Positions 9,561-17,749 of a DNA stretch of 64,000 bases are shown piece by piece (position 1 is the stretch's first letter; each line of letters begins with the position of its first letter). The DNA is from Candidatus Acidiferrum sp. (GTDB lineage: Bacteria; Acidobacteriota; Terriglobia; Acidiferrales; UBA7541): assembly GCA_035262705.1 (NCBI GenBank), contig DATFSI010000009.1, forward strand, positions 3-64,002. The letters are read 5' to 3'. The translations under genes were made by a program, and so were the position numbers. The notes under the pieces were generated by a model that did no database searches, was not told where the DNA came from, and was given only the letters and a program-made list of their open reading frames with translations.

Positions 9561-10958
9561 ATGCCTACTCATTCTCAAAGTTCAAGCGAGGCGCCGAACC
9601 TGGTTGTTCGTGGAAGGCGCGTGATTACTGCGGAGGGCGAACGGTCCGCTGCGATTCACATTCGCGAGAGAGTCATCGCGAAAGTCACTTCGTTTGATAA
9701 TGTCGTCGACGGCGGCCCGGTTTATGAAGCTGGGGATCGCGTGGTGATGCCTGGTGTGGTGGATACACACGTCCACATCAACGAGCCGGGGCGCACGGAA
9801 TGGGAGGGTTTTTCGACGGCCACGCGAGCGGCCGCAGCCGGCGGGATCACCACGCTTATCGAAATGCCGCTGAACAGCATCCCGGCGACAACCAGCGTTG
9901 GCGCATTTCAGGAAAAACTGGAAGCCACGCAGGGCAAGCTCTGGGTGGATACCGGATTTTGGGGCGGCGTGGTGCCTGGAAATTCGGCTGAGCTTCGCAG
10001 TTTGTGGGAAGTTGGCTGCTTCGGCTTCAAATGTTTTCTGGTGGAAAGTGGCGTGCCGGAATTCGCGCGAGCGAGCGAAAGCGATCTTCGCCTAGCTCTG
10101 CCGGAATTTGCGGAGATGGGCGTGCCGCTCCTGGCACACGCGGAAGTGCCTGGCCCGATCGACGAGGCAGCAAAACGCCGCAGCGCGAGTGACTCAGGAA
10201 AGTCGCATCAGACGTTGCTCGAGTCGCGTCCGCGCGCGGCGGAAAACGAAGCGATCGATCTTTTGTTGCGGCTCGGTGCGGAGTACGATGCACACATTCA
10301 TATCGTGCACCTTTCCTCTTCCGATGTAATTTCAGCGATTCAGCGCGCAAAGAAAGAGCGGGCAAAAGTGAGTGTGGAGACTTGCCCGCATTACTTAACG
10401 TTTGCTTCGGAGGAGATTTCTGATGGGGCGACGCAATTCAAATGCGCACCGCCGATTCGCGAACGCGCGAACCGCGAATGCCTTTGGGCAGCGTTGAGCG
10501 ATGGAACGATTGACATGATTGCGACCGACCATTCGCCCTGCCCTCCGGAAATGAAGCGGCTCGACAGCGGCGATTTTTTCGCGGCGTGGGGAGGAATCGC
10601 CTCGCTGCAGCTGAGCCTACCGGCGGTATGGACAGAAGCGCGGGCGCGTGGATTTTCGCCGGTGCATCTGGCGCAATGGCTTTGCGAAGGTCCGGCGCGG
10701 CTCGCCGGACTTGCAAAGAAAAAAGGTGTGATTGCGGTTGGCCATGACGCGGACTTGGTGATCTGGAATCCTGATGCGGCGTTCCGCGTGGACCCCGCGC
10801 AGCTCTACCATCGGCATAAAGTGACGCCCTATGCGGGGCGCGAGCTTCTGGGTATAGTCGAAGCCACATTTCTGCGCGGCAGGAAGATTTTCGAGCGAGG
10901 GGCGTTTTGCCCCGCACCCGAGGGCAGAGTCCTGCTGCGTGGCCAAGGCCAGGCATGA
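9561..10958 (+). CDS. allB: Allantoinase
   Basis: Amidohydrolase motifs DTHVHINEPGRTEWEGF, MPLNSIP, GFKCF, FKCAPPIR, TDHSPC. Confidence 0.93.
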   Translation: MPTHSQSSSEAPNLVVRGRRVITAEGERSAAIHIRERVIAKVTSFDNVVDGGPVYEAGDRVVMPGVVDTHVHINEPGRTEWEGFSTATRAAAAGGITTLIEMPLNSIPATTSVGAFQEKLEATQGKLWVDTGFWGGVVPGNSAELRSLWEVGCFGFKCFLVESGVPEFARASESDLRLALPEFAEMGVPLLAHAEVPGPIDEAAKRRSASDSGKSHQTLLESRPRAAENEAIDLLLRLGAEYDAHIHIVHLSSSDVISAIQRAKKERAKVSVETCPHYLTFASEEISDGATQFKCAPPIRERANRECLWAALSDGTIDMIATDHSPCPPEMKRLDSGDFFAAWGGIASLQLSLPAVWTEARARGFSPVHLAQWLCEGPARLAGLAKKKGVIAVGHDADLVIWNPDAAFRVDPAQLYHRHKVTPYAGRELLGIVEATFLRGRKIFERGAFCPAPEGRVLLRGQGQA

Positions 10959-12481
10959 AAGAGTTCACACAGCTTGCCGATCTTGCGGCCGAGCGTCTCG
11001 GCGGACGCGCGTTGGAAGCGAATGACGACTTCTTTGCGCCGAAGGAGAATCTGCTGAAAGAGTCCCAGCCGGTTTTCATCGCGGGGAAATACACTTCGCG
11101 CGGGAAGTGGATGGACGGCTGGGAGTCGCGGCGGCGCCGTACGCCGGGTTTCGACTGGTGCCTGATCCGACTGGGGCTGCCGGGAGTGATTCGCGGCGTG
11201 CTGGTGGATACGAGTTTTTTTACCGGCAACTACCCGGAACGGTTTTCCCTGGAAGGCTGTGACCTCGGCAAGGGCCATCCTTATAAAAACGAAAAACAGC
11301 GATTGTCCTCGGAAAAAACAGAGTGGGTTACGATTTTTCCCGAGACTCCCCTAAAGGGCGATACGTGGAATCTCTTCGGATGCGGATTCGCGCAGCGATT
11401 CACGCACTTGCGGTTCCGGATTTTTCCCGACGGTGGCGTGGCGCGGCTGCGCGTTTATGGAGAGGCGGTTCCTGATTTGGGGGCTATAGGCGCTCGCCGC
11501 GAAATCGACCTCGTGGCGGTGGAAAACGGCGGCAGCGCTGTGGCCGCGAGCGACCAACATTACGGCGCGCCGCGCAATCTGCTGATGCCGTATCGCGCGG
11601 AAAACATGGGCGACGGCTGGGAGACCAAGCGGCGGCGCGGGCCGGGCCACGATTGGGTGATCCTGAAACTTGGCGTGCCCGGCACAATCCGTCGGGTGAT
11701 TGTCGACACCGCGCATTTCAAGGGTAACTATCCGGATTCGTGTTCGCTGGAAGCGGCCTGCGTCGAGAATCAGATCGTAGATGCGACGAACGCGGATTCG
11801 CTGGTATGGGAAGAGGTGCTTCCCAACACCAAGCTGAGGGCCAACCATCGCCACGTGTTCGCCAAGCTCAAGCATGGACGCACAGCCACATATGTGCGCT
11901 TGCTGATTTTTCCCGACGGCGGCGTCAGCCGTCTGCGTCTTATCGGGCGGCCGGAAGTGGCCGCCGACCCAGCGAAATCACTAAACACCTTTGATCGTCT
12001 TGCAAAGCAGAAGGCAATCAAGATGCTGATGGACTGTTGCGGATCGCGGAAATGGGCGGAGCAGATGGTCGCGTACCGGCCATTTGTAGACGCCACTGAA
12101 TTATTCGCCGCGGCGGATAAAATCTGGTCCAAGTTGGAAGAAAAGGACTGGCTGGAGGCGTTCCGGCACCATCCGCCGATTGGTGGGAGGCACGCGAAGG
12201 CCAAGCAATCCACGACCGCCAGCCGTTGGTCGGCGAAAGAGCAATCCGCCGCGCAAAAAGCTTCGTCCGCGACGCTGGAGGCGCTGGCGACGGAGAACCA
12301 GCGTTACGCAGAGAAATTCGGCTATGTGTTTCTGATTTGCGCCACGGGAAAGAGCAGCGAAGAGATTTTGAGCGCGCTGCGGCGGCGCATGCCGAATGAT
12401 CGACAAACGGAATTGCGTACGGCTGCGGAAGAGCAGTGCAAGATCACGCGGCTGCGCCTGGAGAAACTACTCGCATCATGA
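10955..12481 (+). CDS. alc: Allantoicase fused to C-terminal OHCU decarboxylase (UraD) domain
   Basis: Two allantoicase repeats (NDDFFAP..MDGWESRRRR; MGDGWETKRRR; PDGGVARLR/PDGGVSRLR), then CCGS..W..M..RPF, HPPIG, FGYVFLICATG of UraD; start at MKEFTQL. Confidence 0.88.
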   Translation: MKEFTQLADLAAERLGGRALEANDDFFAPKENLLKESQPVFIAGKYTSRGKWMDGWESRRRRTPGFDWCLIRLGLPGVIRGVLVDTSFFTGNYPERFSLEGCDLGKGHPYKNEKQRLSSEKTEWVTIFPETPLKGDTWNLFGCGFAQRFTHLRFRIFPDGGVARLRVYGEAVPDLGAIGARREIDLVAVENGGSAVAASDQHYGAPRNLLMPYRAENMGDGWETKRRRGPGHDWVILKLGVPGTIRRVIVDTAHFKGNYPDSCSLEAACVENQIVDATNADSLVWEEVLPNTKLRANHRHVFAKLKHGRTATYVRLLIFPDGGVSRLRLIGRPEVAADPAKSLNTFDRLAKQKAIKMLMDCCGSRKWAEQMVAYRPFVDATELFAAADKIWSKLEEKDWLEAFRHHPPIGGRHAKAKQSTTASRWSAKEQSAAQKASSATLEALATENQRYAEKFGYVFLICATGKSSEEILSALRRRMPNDRQTELRTAAEEQCKITRLRLEKLLAS

Positions 12482-12819
12482 GCACAATCACCACACACGT
12501 TTTGGATGTTTCCATCGGGCGCCCGGCCGCCAATGTTCCGGTGCTGCTGGAAATGCAATCAGCCAACGGGGCATGGTCGGAGGCAGGCCACGGGGCGACC
12601 TACAGCGACGGCCGGCTGAAGGATTTAGCAGAGGGCAAAACGCTGAGCGCGGGGATCTATCGATTGACCTTTGACACCCGCTCCTACTTCGCTGGGCGAA
12701 ATATTGCCGGGCTCTATCCACAGGTGATGATCGTCTTCGAAGTGAAGGACTCGCAGGAGCACTACCACATTCCCCTGCTCCTGAGCCCCTTTGGGTATTC
12801 CACGTACCGTGGGAGTTGA
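12478..12819 (+). CDS. uraH: 5-hydroxyisourate hydrolase (transthyretin-like)
   Basis: TTHVLD and HYHIPLLLSPFGYSTYRGS signatures. Confidence 0.95.
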   Translation: MSTITTHVLDVSIGRPAANVPVLLEMQSANGAWSEAGHGATYSDGRLKDLAEGKTLSAGIYRLTFDTRSYFAGRNIAGLYPQVMIVFEVKDSQEHYHIPLLLSPFGYSTYRGS

Positions 12820-12822
12820 GCG

Positions 12823-13668
12823 ATGGCCATCCGGCTGGGCGAAAACAACTATGGCAAGCAGCGCGTGCGCATCCTGCAGGTTGCGCGCCACGCGGACCGT
12901 CACGATATCAAAGAACTGACCTTAGGGATTCGCCTGGAAGGCGATTATGAGACGGCACACACTACGGGAGACAACGAAAAGATTTTGCCAACTGACACGA
13001 TGAAAAACACAGTGTATGCACTGGCGAAGCAGCATCGCATCGAAACGCCAGAAGGTCTTTGCCTGCGCCTGGCCGAGCATTTTCTGGCGAACAATCAACA
13101 GGTTTCCCGCGCTCGCGTGGAAGCGGTGGAGGCCCTCTGGGTGCGGCTGCCGTTCGGCGGAAAAGGGCACCCCTACACGTTCACGCGGTCGAGCGAAGAG
13201 AAGCGCGTGGCCTCGATCAGCGCAACGCGCGGCGAAAAGACCGTTCGCGCCGGCATTAGTGGCTTGGTGGTTCTAAAAACAACGGATTCGGCATTTGAAG
13301 GATTCCTGCGTGACCAATACACAACCTTAAAAGAGGACCGCGATCGCATCCTGGCCACGGCGATTCATACGAAATGGTTTTATCGCTCCGAGAAAGCAGA
13401 ATTCGAGGGCACGTGGCACGGCGTCCGGCAGGCGTTACTCGAAGCGTTTGCGGAACACGACAGCAAGTCGCTGCAGCAGACGCTTTATGCCATGGGCGAG
13501 GCGGCGTTGCGCAAATTTCCAGCGATCCGCGAAATCCATCTCTCGCTGCCCAACAAACATTACAACCTGGTGGATTTGTCGCCCTTCAAGATGGACAACC
13601 CAAAAGAGGTTTTTCTGCCCACCGATGAACCGCATGGCTTGATCGAAGCGACCTTGCACAATGATTGA
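12823..13668 (+). CDS. pucL: Factor-independent urate oxidase (uricase)
   Basis: YGK, TDTMKNTV, VLKTTDSAFEGF, SLQQTL, LPNKHY motifs. Confidence 0.93.
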   Translation: MAIRLGENNYGKQRVRILQVARHADRHDIKELTLGIRLEGDYETAHTTGDNEKILPTDTMKNTVYALAKQHRIETPEGLCLRLAEHFLANNQQVSRARVEAVEALWVRLPFGGKGHPYTFTRSSEEKRVASISATRGEKTVRAGISGLVVLKTTDSAFEGFLRDQYTTLKEDRDRILATAIHTKWFYRSEKAEFEGTWHGVRQALLEAFAEHDSKSLQQTLYAMGEAALRKFPAIREIHLSLPNKHYNLVDLSPFKMDNPKEVFLPTDEPHGLIEATLHND

Positions 13669-13716
13669 ACCGCCGGGCACGCACACCCTGGCCGCCAATA
13701 ACTTCCCAAAAAGAAT

Positions 13717-13742
13717 GGGGCGAAGAACCTTCTCTTCGCCCC
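13717..13742. terminator. Intrinsic terminator-like hairpin between convergent uricase and WXXGXW genes
   Basis: GGGGCGAAGA-ACCTTC-TCTTCGCCCC perfect 10-bp stem followed by TTGCTTATT. Confidence 0.7.
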
Positions 13743-13776
13743 TTGCTTATTCAGTCAGCCGGGTTCGCCCGCAGCG

Positions 13777-14919
13777 CTAGGGTTTCCCTTTGTCGTACCC
13801 ACCGGATTGTTTGTGTCCCGATTCATTGTGCCCTGACTCGCGCGGCTGCGGCTGCTGATGCTGTTGCATCCGCTCCTGCTGCTCGTAGTGCTGCTGAGCG
13901 AGTTGCTGCGTCTGCTGCTGGTGCTGGCGGTCTAGCTGTTGTTGGCGCTCCTGATTGGCTTGTTGCTCCGCAAAGCGCTGGTGTTCCTGCTCCTGCTTTT
14001 GCTGGAGCTGCTGGCGTTCGCGCTCCTGCCGGGAATAGAGCTGGTCCTGCTGCTGGTGGTATTTGCGGTCACGCTCGGAGCTGCCCGTGTTGGGATTGCT
14101 CAAGCGCGAATTGGGAGGCAAGTCCCGAGGATGAACAGCAGTACCCGGGGTTCCCGAATAGTTGTCCGGCCCCGGCCGCGCGGAACCGTAGCCGCGTCCT
14201 TCAGAGGCAGCGGTACGTTCATTTCCACTGAACGCACCCGGCCGGGAGGTGGCGGCGACGGGCGGGCGTCCGTGGTTGGAGCTGGAACGAGACTCCGGAT
14301 TGTTGCGAGCCTCTTGCAGGTGCTGCACCTGGGCACGTACGGGCGAGGTGTGCCGTTCGTGCATTGCAGCTTCTTCCTGGGAACTGGCGCGCGCTTCAAT
14401 GCCACCGCGGCCGCCGTTATAGCTAACGCGCGAATTGCCGTAATTGTTGACGATCGTGGTGTTGTAGGTGTTGTGAATGATGTTCACATTCACGTTGTTG
14501 ACGGTGCGGTTGTAATAGAAATGATCGTGCTCCCAGCGGCCGCCTTCATAGCCGTGGCCGAAGTATCCGTAGCCGTAGTTAATTCCGCCGTAGAAGCCGA
14601 TGTGCGGCCCCCAGTAGCCTTCATGAAAAATGAAACCGCTTCCGCCCCAGCCCCACCACGCCGGAGTCCAGAAGTAGCCCGGGCGAGGAGCGAGCACCCA
14701 GGTTCCGGGAACCCAGTAATAGTCGTAGCCGTCCCAGGCCCAATAGCCCGGCGTCCAGATGTAGTCGTCGCCCGGGCAGATGGGCTGGTCGTATACCGGC
14801 AATTCCGGCGGCCCGAAAGAAACCACCACGCCAACACCGAATTGGGCAATAGAAGCTGCGGAAAGGAGCAGCATTCCAACAGCAAGCAGCAGGGAACGTA
14901 TGGAAAAGATCTTGCGCAT
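13777..14919 (-). CDS. Secreted YXWGXW/WXXGXW-repeat protein with Gln/Glu-rich C-terminal tail
   Basis: Signal peptide; WTPGYW, WVPGTW, WTPAWW, FHEGYW repeats; HQQQQDQLYSRQERERQQLQQKQEQ... tail. Confidence 0.8.
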   Translation of the reverse strand: MRKIFSIRSLLLAVGMLLLSAASIAQFGVGVVVSFGPPELPVYDQPICPGDDYIWTPGYWAWDGYDYYWVPGTWVLAPRPGYFWTPAWWGWGGSGFIFHEGYWGPHIGFYGGINYGYGYFGHGYEGGRWEHDHFYYNRTVNNVNVNIIHNTYNTTIVNNYGNSRVSYNGGRGGIEARASSQEEAAMHERHTSPVRAQVQHLQEARNNPESRSSSNHGRPPVAATSRPGAFSGNERTAASEGRGYGSARPGPDNYSGTPGTAVHPRDLPPNSRLSNPNTGSSERDRKYHQQQDQLYSRQERERQQLQQKQEQEHQRFAEQQANQERQQQLDRQHQQQTQQLAQQHYEQQERMQQHQQPQPRESGHNESGHKQSGGYDKGKP

Positions 14920-15105
14920 CAACTCTCCTTGTGAACGATCAGGTTTGGCATGCGAATGAATTGGCTGGGCAGAAAGGGTTGTTACCGCACCTGGTGTCTA
15001 GCTTACGCCTTTTTCTCAGACGGGAGCAGCCGACATGGAGTAAGGTGTGCCTTCGGATACGGATGTCTTCGCGTGAAATTTTCGGATTAAAAATAAGGAT
15101 AGCCG

Positions 15106-16404
15106 GTGAAGCCTGGATTCGCTGTGCAAACAACTCGCGGGCCGCGCAGGCGCTGGGGAATCGCGCTGCTGCTCGGCTTCGGCGTGCTGGTGAATTATTT
15201 CGATCGCGTGAATCTCTCCATTTCCCAGGGAGCGTTGCACGACACCTTCGGGATTTCGGCGGTAACGTTCGGCTATTTGCTCAGCGCGTATAGCTGGACC
15301 TATGCAGCGCTACAGCTTCCCTCAGGCCTGCTGCTTGATCGCTTCGGGGTAAAGATGGTCGGGCGCATCGGCGCGTTGCTTTGGAGCGTAGCCTCCTTTG
15401 CGGCAGCCATGGCGACGGGCCTGCCCGGATTTTTTGCGGCGCGGCTGCTGCTCGGCGTCGGCGAAGCGCCTACTTTTCCCGCGAATGCCAAGGCTATCGG
15501 TTACTGGTTTCCCGCGGAAGAGCGCAGCCTGGCCACCGCAATTTTTGATTCAGCGGCCAAGCTGGCTTCGGCAATCGGTGTGCCCATCCTAGGGGTGGTG
15601 TTGATGCGATTCGGCTGGCGGTGGTGTTTTGCAGCCACGGGTTTCATCAGCCTTGTGTACTTCGTTCTTTTTTCTTTGTTTTACAAGAACCCGAGCGAGG
15701 AGCATTCGCTTTTGGCCTCCGAGCGCGGTTTTCTTTTGACGCATGGCGCGCAGCCTGAAGATCGCACGCATGCCACGAAAGGGGCGCCCCTCGCCTATTT
15801 GCTGGCGCGCCGCAAAGTGTGGGCCCTGGCGCTGGGCTTCGCCGCGTACAACTACACTTTCTATTTTCTGCTCACCTGGCTTCCGTCTTATTTGTCCATG
15901 GCCCGCGGCATCGACTTGCTCCATTCGGCTCTCTACACGAGCCTGCCGTGGCTGGTGGCGGCGTGCGCGGACATGCTGGTGGGCGGCTGGCTGGTGGACA
16001 AGCTGGTGCAGCGCGGCCTGGACGCCTCACGCGTGCGGCAGACGATTCTGATTGCCGGCACGTCGTTGGGCCTGGGCATGCTCGGGGTGATGTACGCACA
16101 AAGCACCTCGGGAGCGGTCACGTGGATCAGCGTGGCGATTGGCGGACTATCGGCGGCGGCGCCGGTGTGCTGGTCGGTTCCGTCGCTGATCGCACCGCGG
16201 GAAAGCGTCGGCACCTTGGGGGGAATCATGAATTTCGGCAGCCAGCTTTCGGCGATTGCCGCGCCCATCGCCACGGGTTATGTGGTCGAGCTGACGCATT
16301 CCTTTTATTGGGCATTTGGCGCGGCGGCAGGTTTTCTGGCCGTGGGAATTGCAGGCTACGTCTTTCTGCTCGGCAGGATTGAAGCCATTCCGGAGCCGGA
16401 ATGA
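15106..16404 (+). CDS. MFS transporter, anion:cation symporter-like
   Basis: NYFDRVNLS, LLDRFG, RLLLGVGEAPTFP, WFPAEER motifs; about 12 hydrophobic segments. Confidence 0.88.
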   Translation: MKPGFAVQTTRGPRRRWGIALLLGFGVLVNYFDRVNLSISQGALHDTFGISAVTFGYLLSAYSWTYAALQLPSGLLLDRFGVKMVGRIGALLWSVASFAAAMATGLPGFFAARLLLGVGEAPTFPANAKAIGYWFPAEERSLATAIFDSAAKLASAIGVPILGVVLMRFGWRWCFAATGFISLVYFVLFSLFYKNPSEEHSLLASERGFLLTHGAQPEDRTHATKGAPLAYLLARRKVWALALGFAAYNYTFYFLLTWLPSYLSMARGIDLLHSALYTSLPWLVAACADMLVGGWLVDKLVQRGLDASRVRQTILIAGTSLGLGMLGVMYAQSTSGAVTWISVAIGGLSAAAPVCWSVPSLIAPRESVGTLGGIMNFGSQLSAIAAPIATGYVVELTHSFYWAFGAAAGFLAVGIAGYVFLLGRIEAIPEPE

Positions 16405-16442
16405 AGCAAAGCCAACCTCATGCCCGAAAAATGTCGGGCGAT

Positions 16443-16814
16443 TCAGGAACGGTTCGTTTTTGCGTGGATTTCCAGCTCGGCGATTTTTTGCTTTAGCCAA
16501 CCCTTCAACGCCTTTTCCAGCTCCTCTTCAGTGCCGCATTCATAAAAATGAGCGACGGTTTCGCCCGCCGGCGTCAGCGGAATATGCCGGCAAGGAAAAG
16601 CCAGTTCTGCCTTATCTTTGGGAACGAAGTCCAGCATCAGGCATTCCGAACAAGGCTTCCGATCCTCTTTGGACTGGGCGTTGAAACAAGTGTGGGAATC
16701 CTCAAAAACGAAGCTGGGCCGCCAGGGGAAGCGCGGCTTGTCGCGGTACCCGCCACTTTCTACGAACGCCAGTTCGGCCCTTAGTGTTGCGAGCACATTC
16801 CGCCTGTCTGGCAT
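16443..16814 (-). CDS. Small cysteine-rich hypothetical protein
   Basis: ORF from MPDRRNVL; five Cys (TCF, PCSECL, FPCRHIP, YECG); divergent from the Crp/Fnr gene. Confidence 0.65.
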   Translation of the reverse strand: MPDRRNVLATLRAELAFVESGGYRDKPRFPWRPSFVFEDSHTCFNAQSKEDRKPCSECLMLDFVPKDKAELAFPCRHIPLTPAGETVAHFYECGTEEELEKALKGWLKQKIAELEIHAKTNRS

Positions 16815-16858
16815 GGCTAAAACCCCAGAATACAGTTCCATTTTTGTGGTGGGGTTTC

Positions 16859-16896
16859 GGTGGCACGGGTCACCCTTAACGGTGATTTACGTCACA
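16859..16896. promoter_or_regulatory. Two tandem CRP-like boxes
   Basis: GGTGG-CACGGG-TCACC (16859-16874) and GGTGA-TTTACG-TCACA (16881-16896; 9/10 match to TGTGA-N6-TCACA), starts 22 bp apart. Confidence 0.6.
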
Positions 16897-17026
16897 GGAA
16901 TCCCCCAAGTGGAGGTGTATCAACGTCACAGATATAGGTGACGGTATGCTGCACGATCTGCGGAAACCGGCGAACCGGTTCCAATTCCTGACAAAGCTGG
17001 GGGGCTTACTCCCGGAGGGTAGCCCT

Positions 17027-17743
17027 ATGCGCACGCCTTACGGCCTTGAGATTATTGAGAATTGCCTCGCGTGTCCCCACCGCGAAGACCGGCTTTTCTG
17101 CAATCTGCCCGAACCCTCGATACGGGCACTGGCGGCCATCACAGCCTCGGCCGCATATCCCAAAGGGGCCACGTTGTTTGTGGAAGGGCAGCCGGCTCGT
17201 GGAGTGTTTATTCTCTGCAGCGGGCGGGTGAAGCTGTCAACTTCCTCTGCGGATGGGAAAACGCTTATTTTGCGGATTTCCGAGCCGGGAGAAGTGCTGG
17301 GGCTGCCGGCAACCGTGACCGGCACCAGTTACGAACTGACCGCGGACATTATTGAACCGGCGCAGGCCAACTTCATCGCGCGCAATGATTTTTTGAATTT
17401 TCTGAAAGAGAATGGCGAAGCGGCTTTGCGGGTGGCGCAACAACTGGGCGAAACTTATCATTCCGCTATCGCGGAAATGCGCACCATCGGGCTCTCGCAC
17501 TCCGCAAGCGAAAAGCTGGCGCGCTTCCTGCTCGAATGGGCCGCCAACTGCCCCGAGGAAAAGGGCCAGGTGCGTATCAAGATGACCCTGACGCACGAGG
17601 AGATCGCGCAGATGATCGGCTCTTCGCGCGAAACGGTGACACGGCTGCTCGCGGATTTCCGTCGCAAGCAGTTGGTGCAGGTAGTGGGTTCCACGCTGAT
17701 CCTGCGCAACAAAGCAGACCTCGAAGCTATCGTCAACCGCTGA
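17027..17743 (+). CDS. Crp/Fnr family transcriptional regulator with N-terminal Cys cluster
   Basis: CLAC..FC N-terminus, cNMP-binding-like barrel (LFVEG..PGEVLGL), HTH LTHEEIAQMIGSSRETVTR; start taken at MRTPYG. Confidence 0.9.
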   Translation: MRTPYGLEIIENCLACPHREDRLFCNLPEPSIRALAAITASAAYPKGATLFVEGQPARGVFILCSGRVKLSTSSADGKTLILRISEPGEVLGLPATVTGTSYELTADIIEPAQANFIARNDFLNFLKENGEAALRVAQQLGETYHSAIAEMRTIGLSHSASEKLARFLLEWAANCPEEKGQVRIKMTLTHEEIAQMIGSSRETVTRLLADFRRKQLVQVVGSTLILRNKADLEAIVNR

Positions 17744-17749
17744 CGATTT

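Noticed and set aside
16915-16941. Third CRP-like site (GTGTATCAACGTCACA) and adjacent TCACA-N6-GGTGA
   Set aside because: Only one good half-site or the wrong half-site orientation; not claimed as a box.
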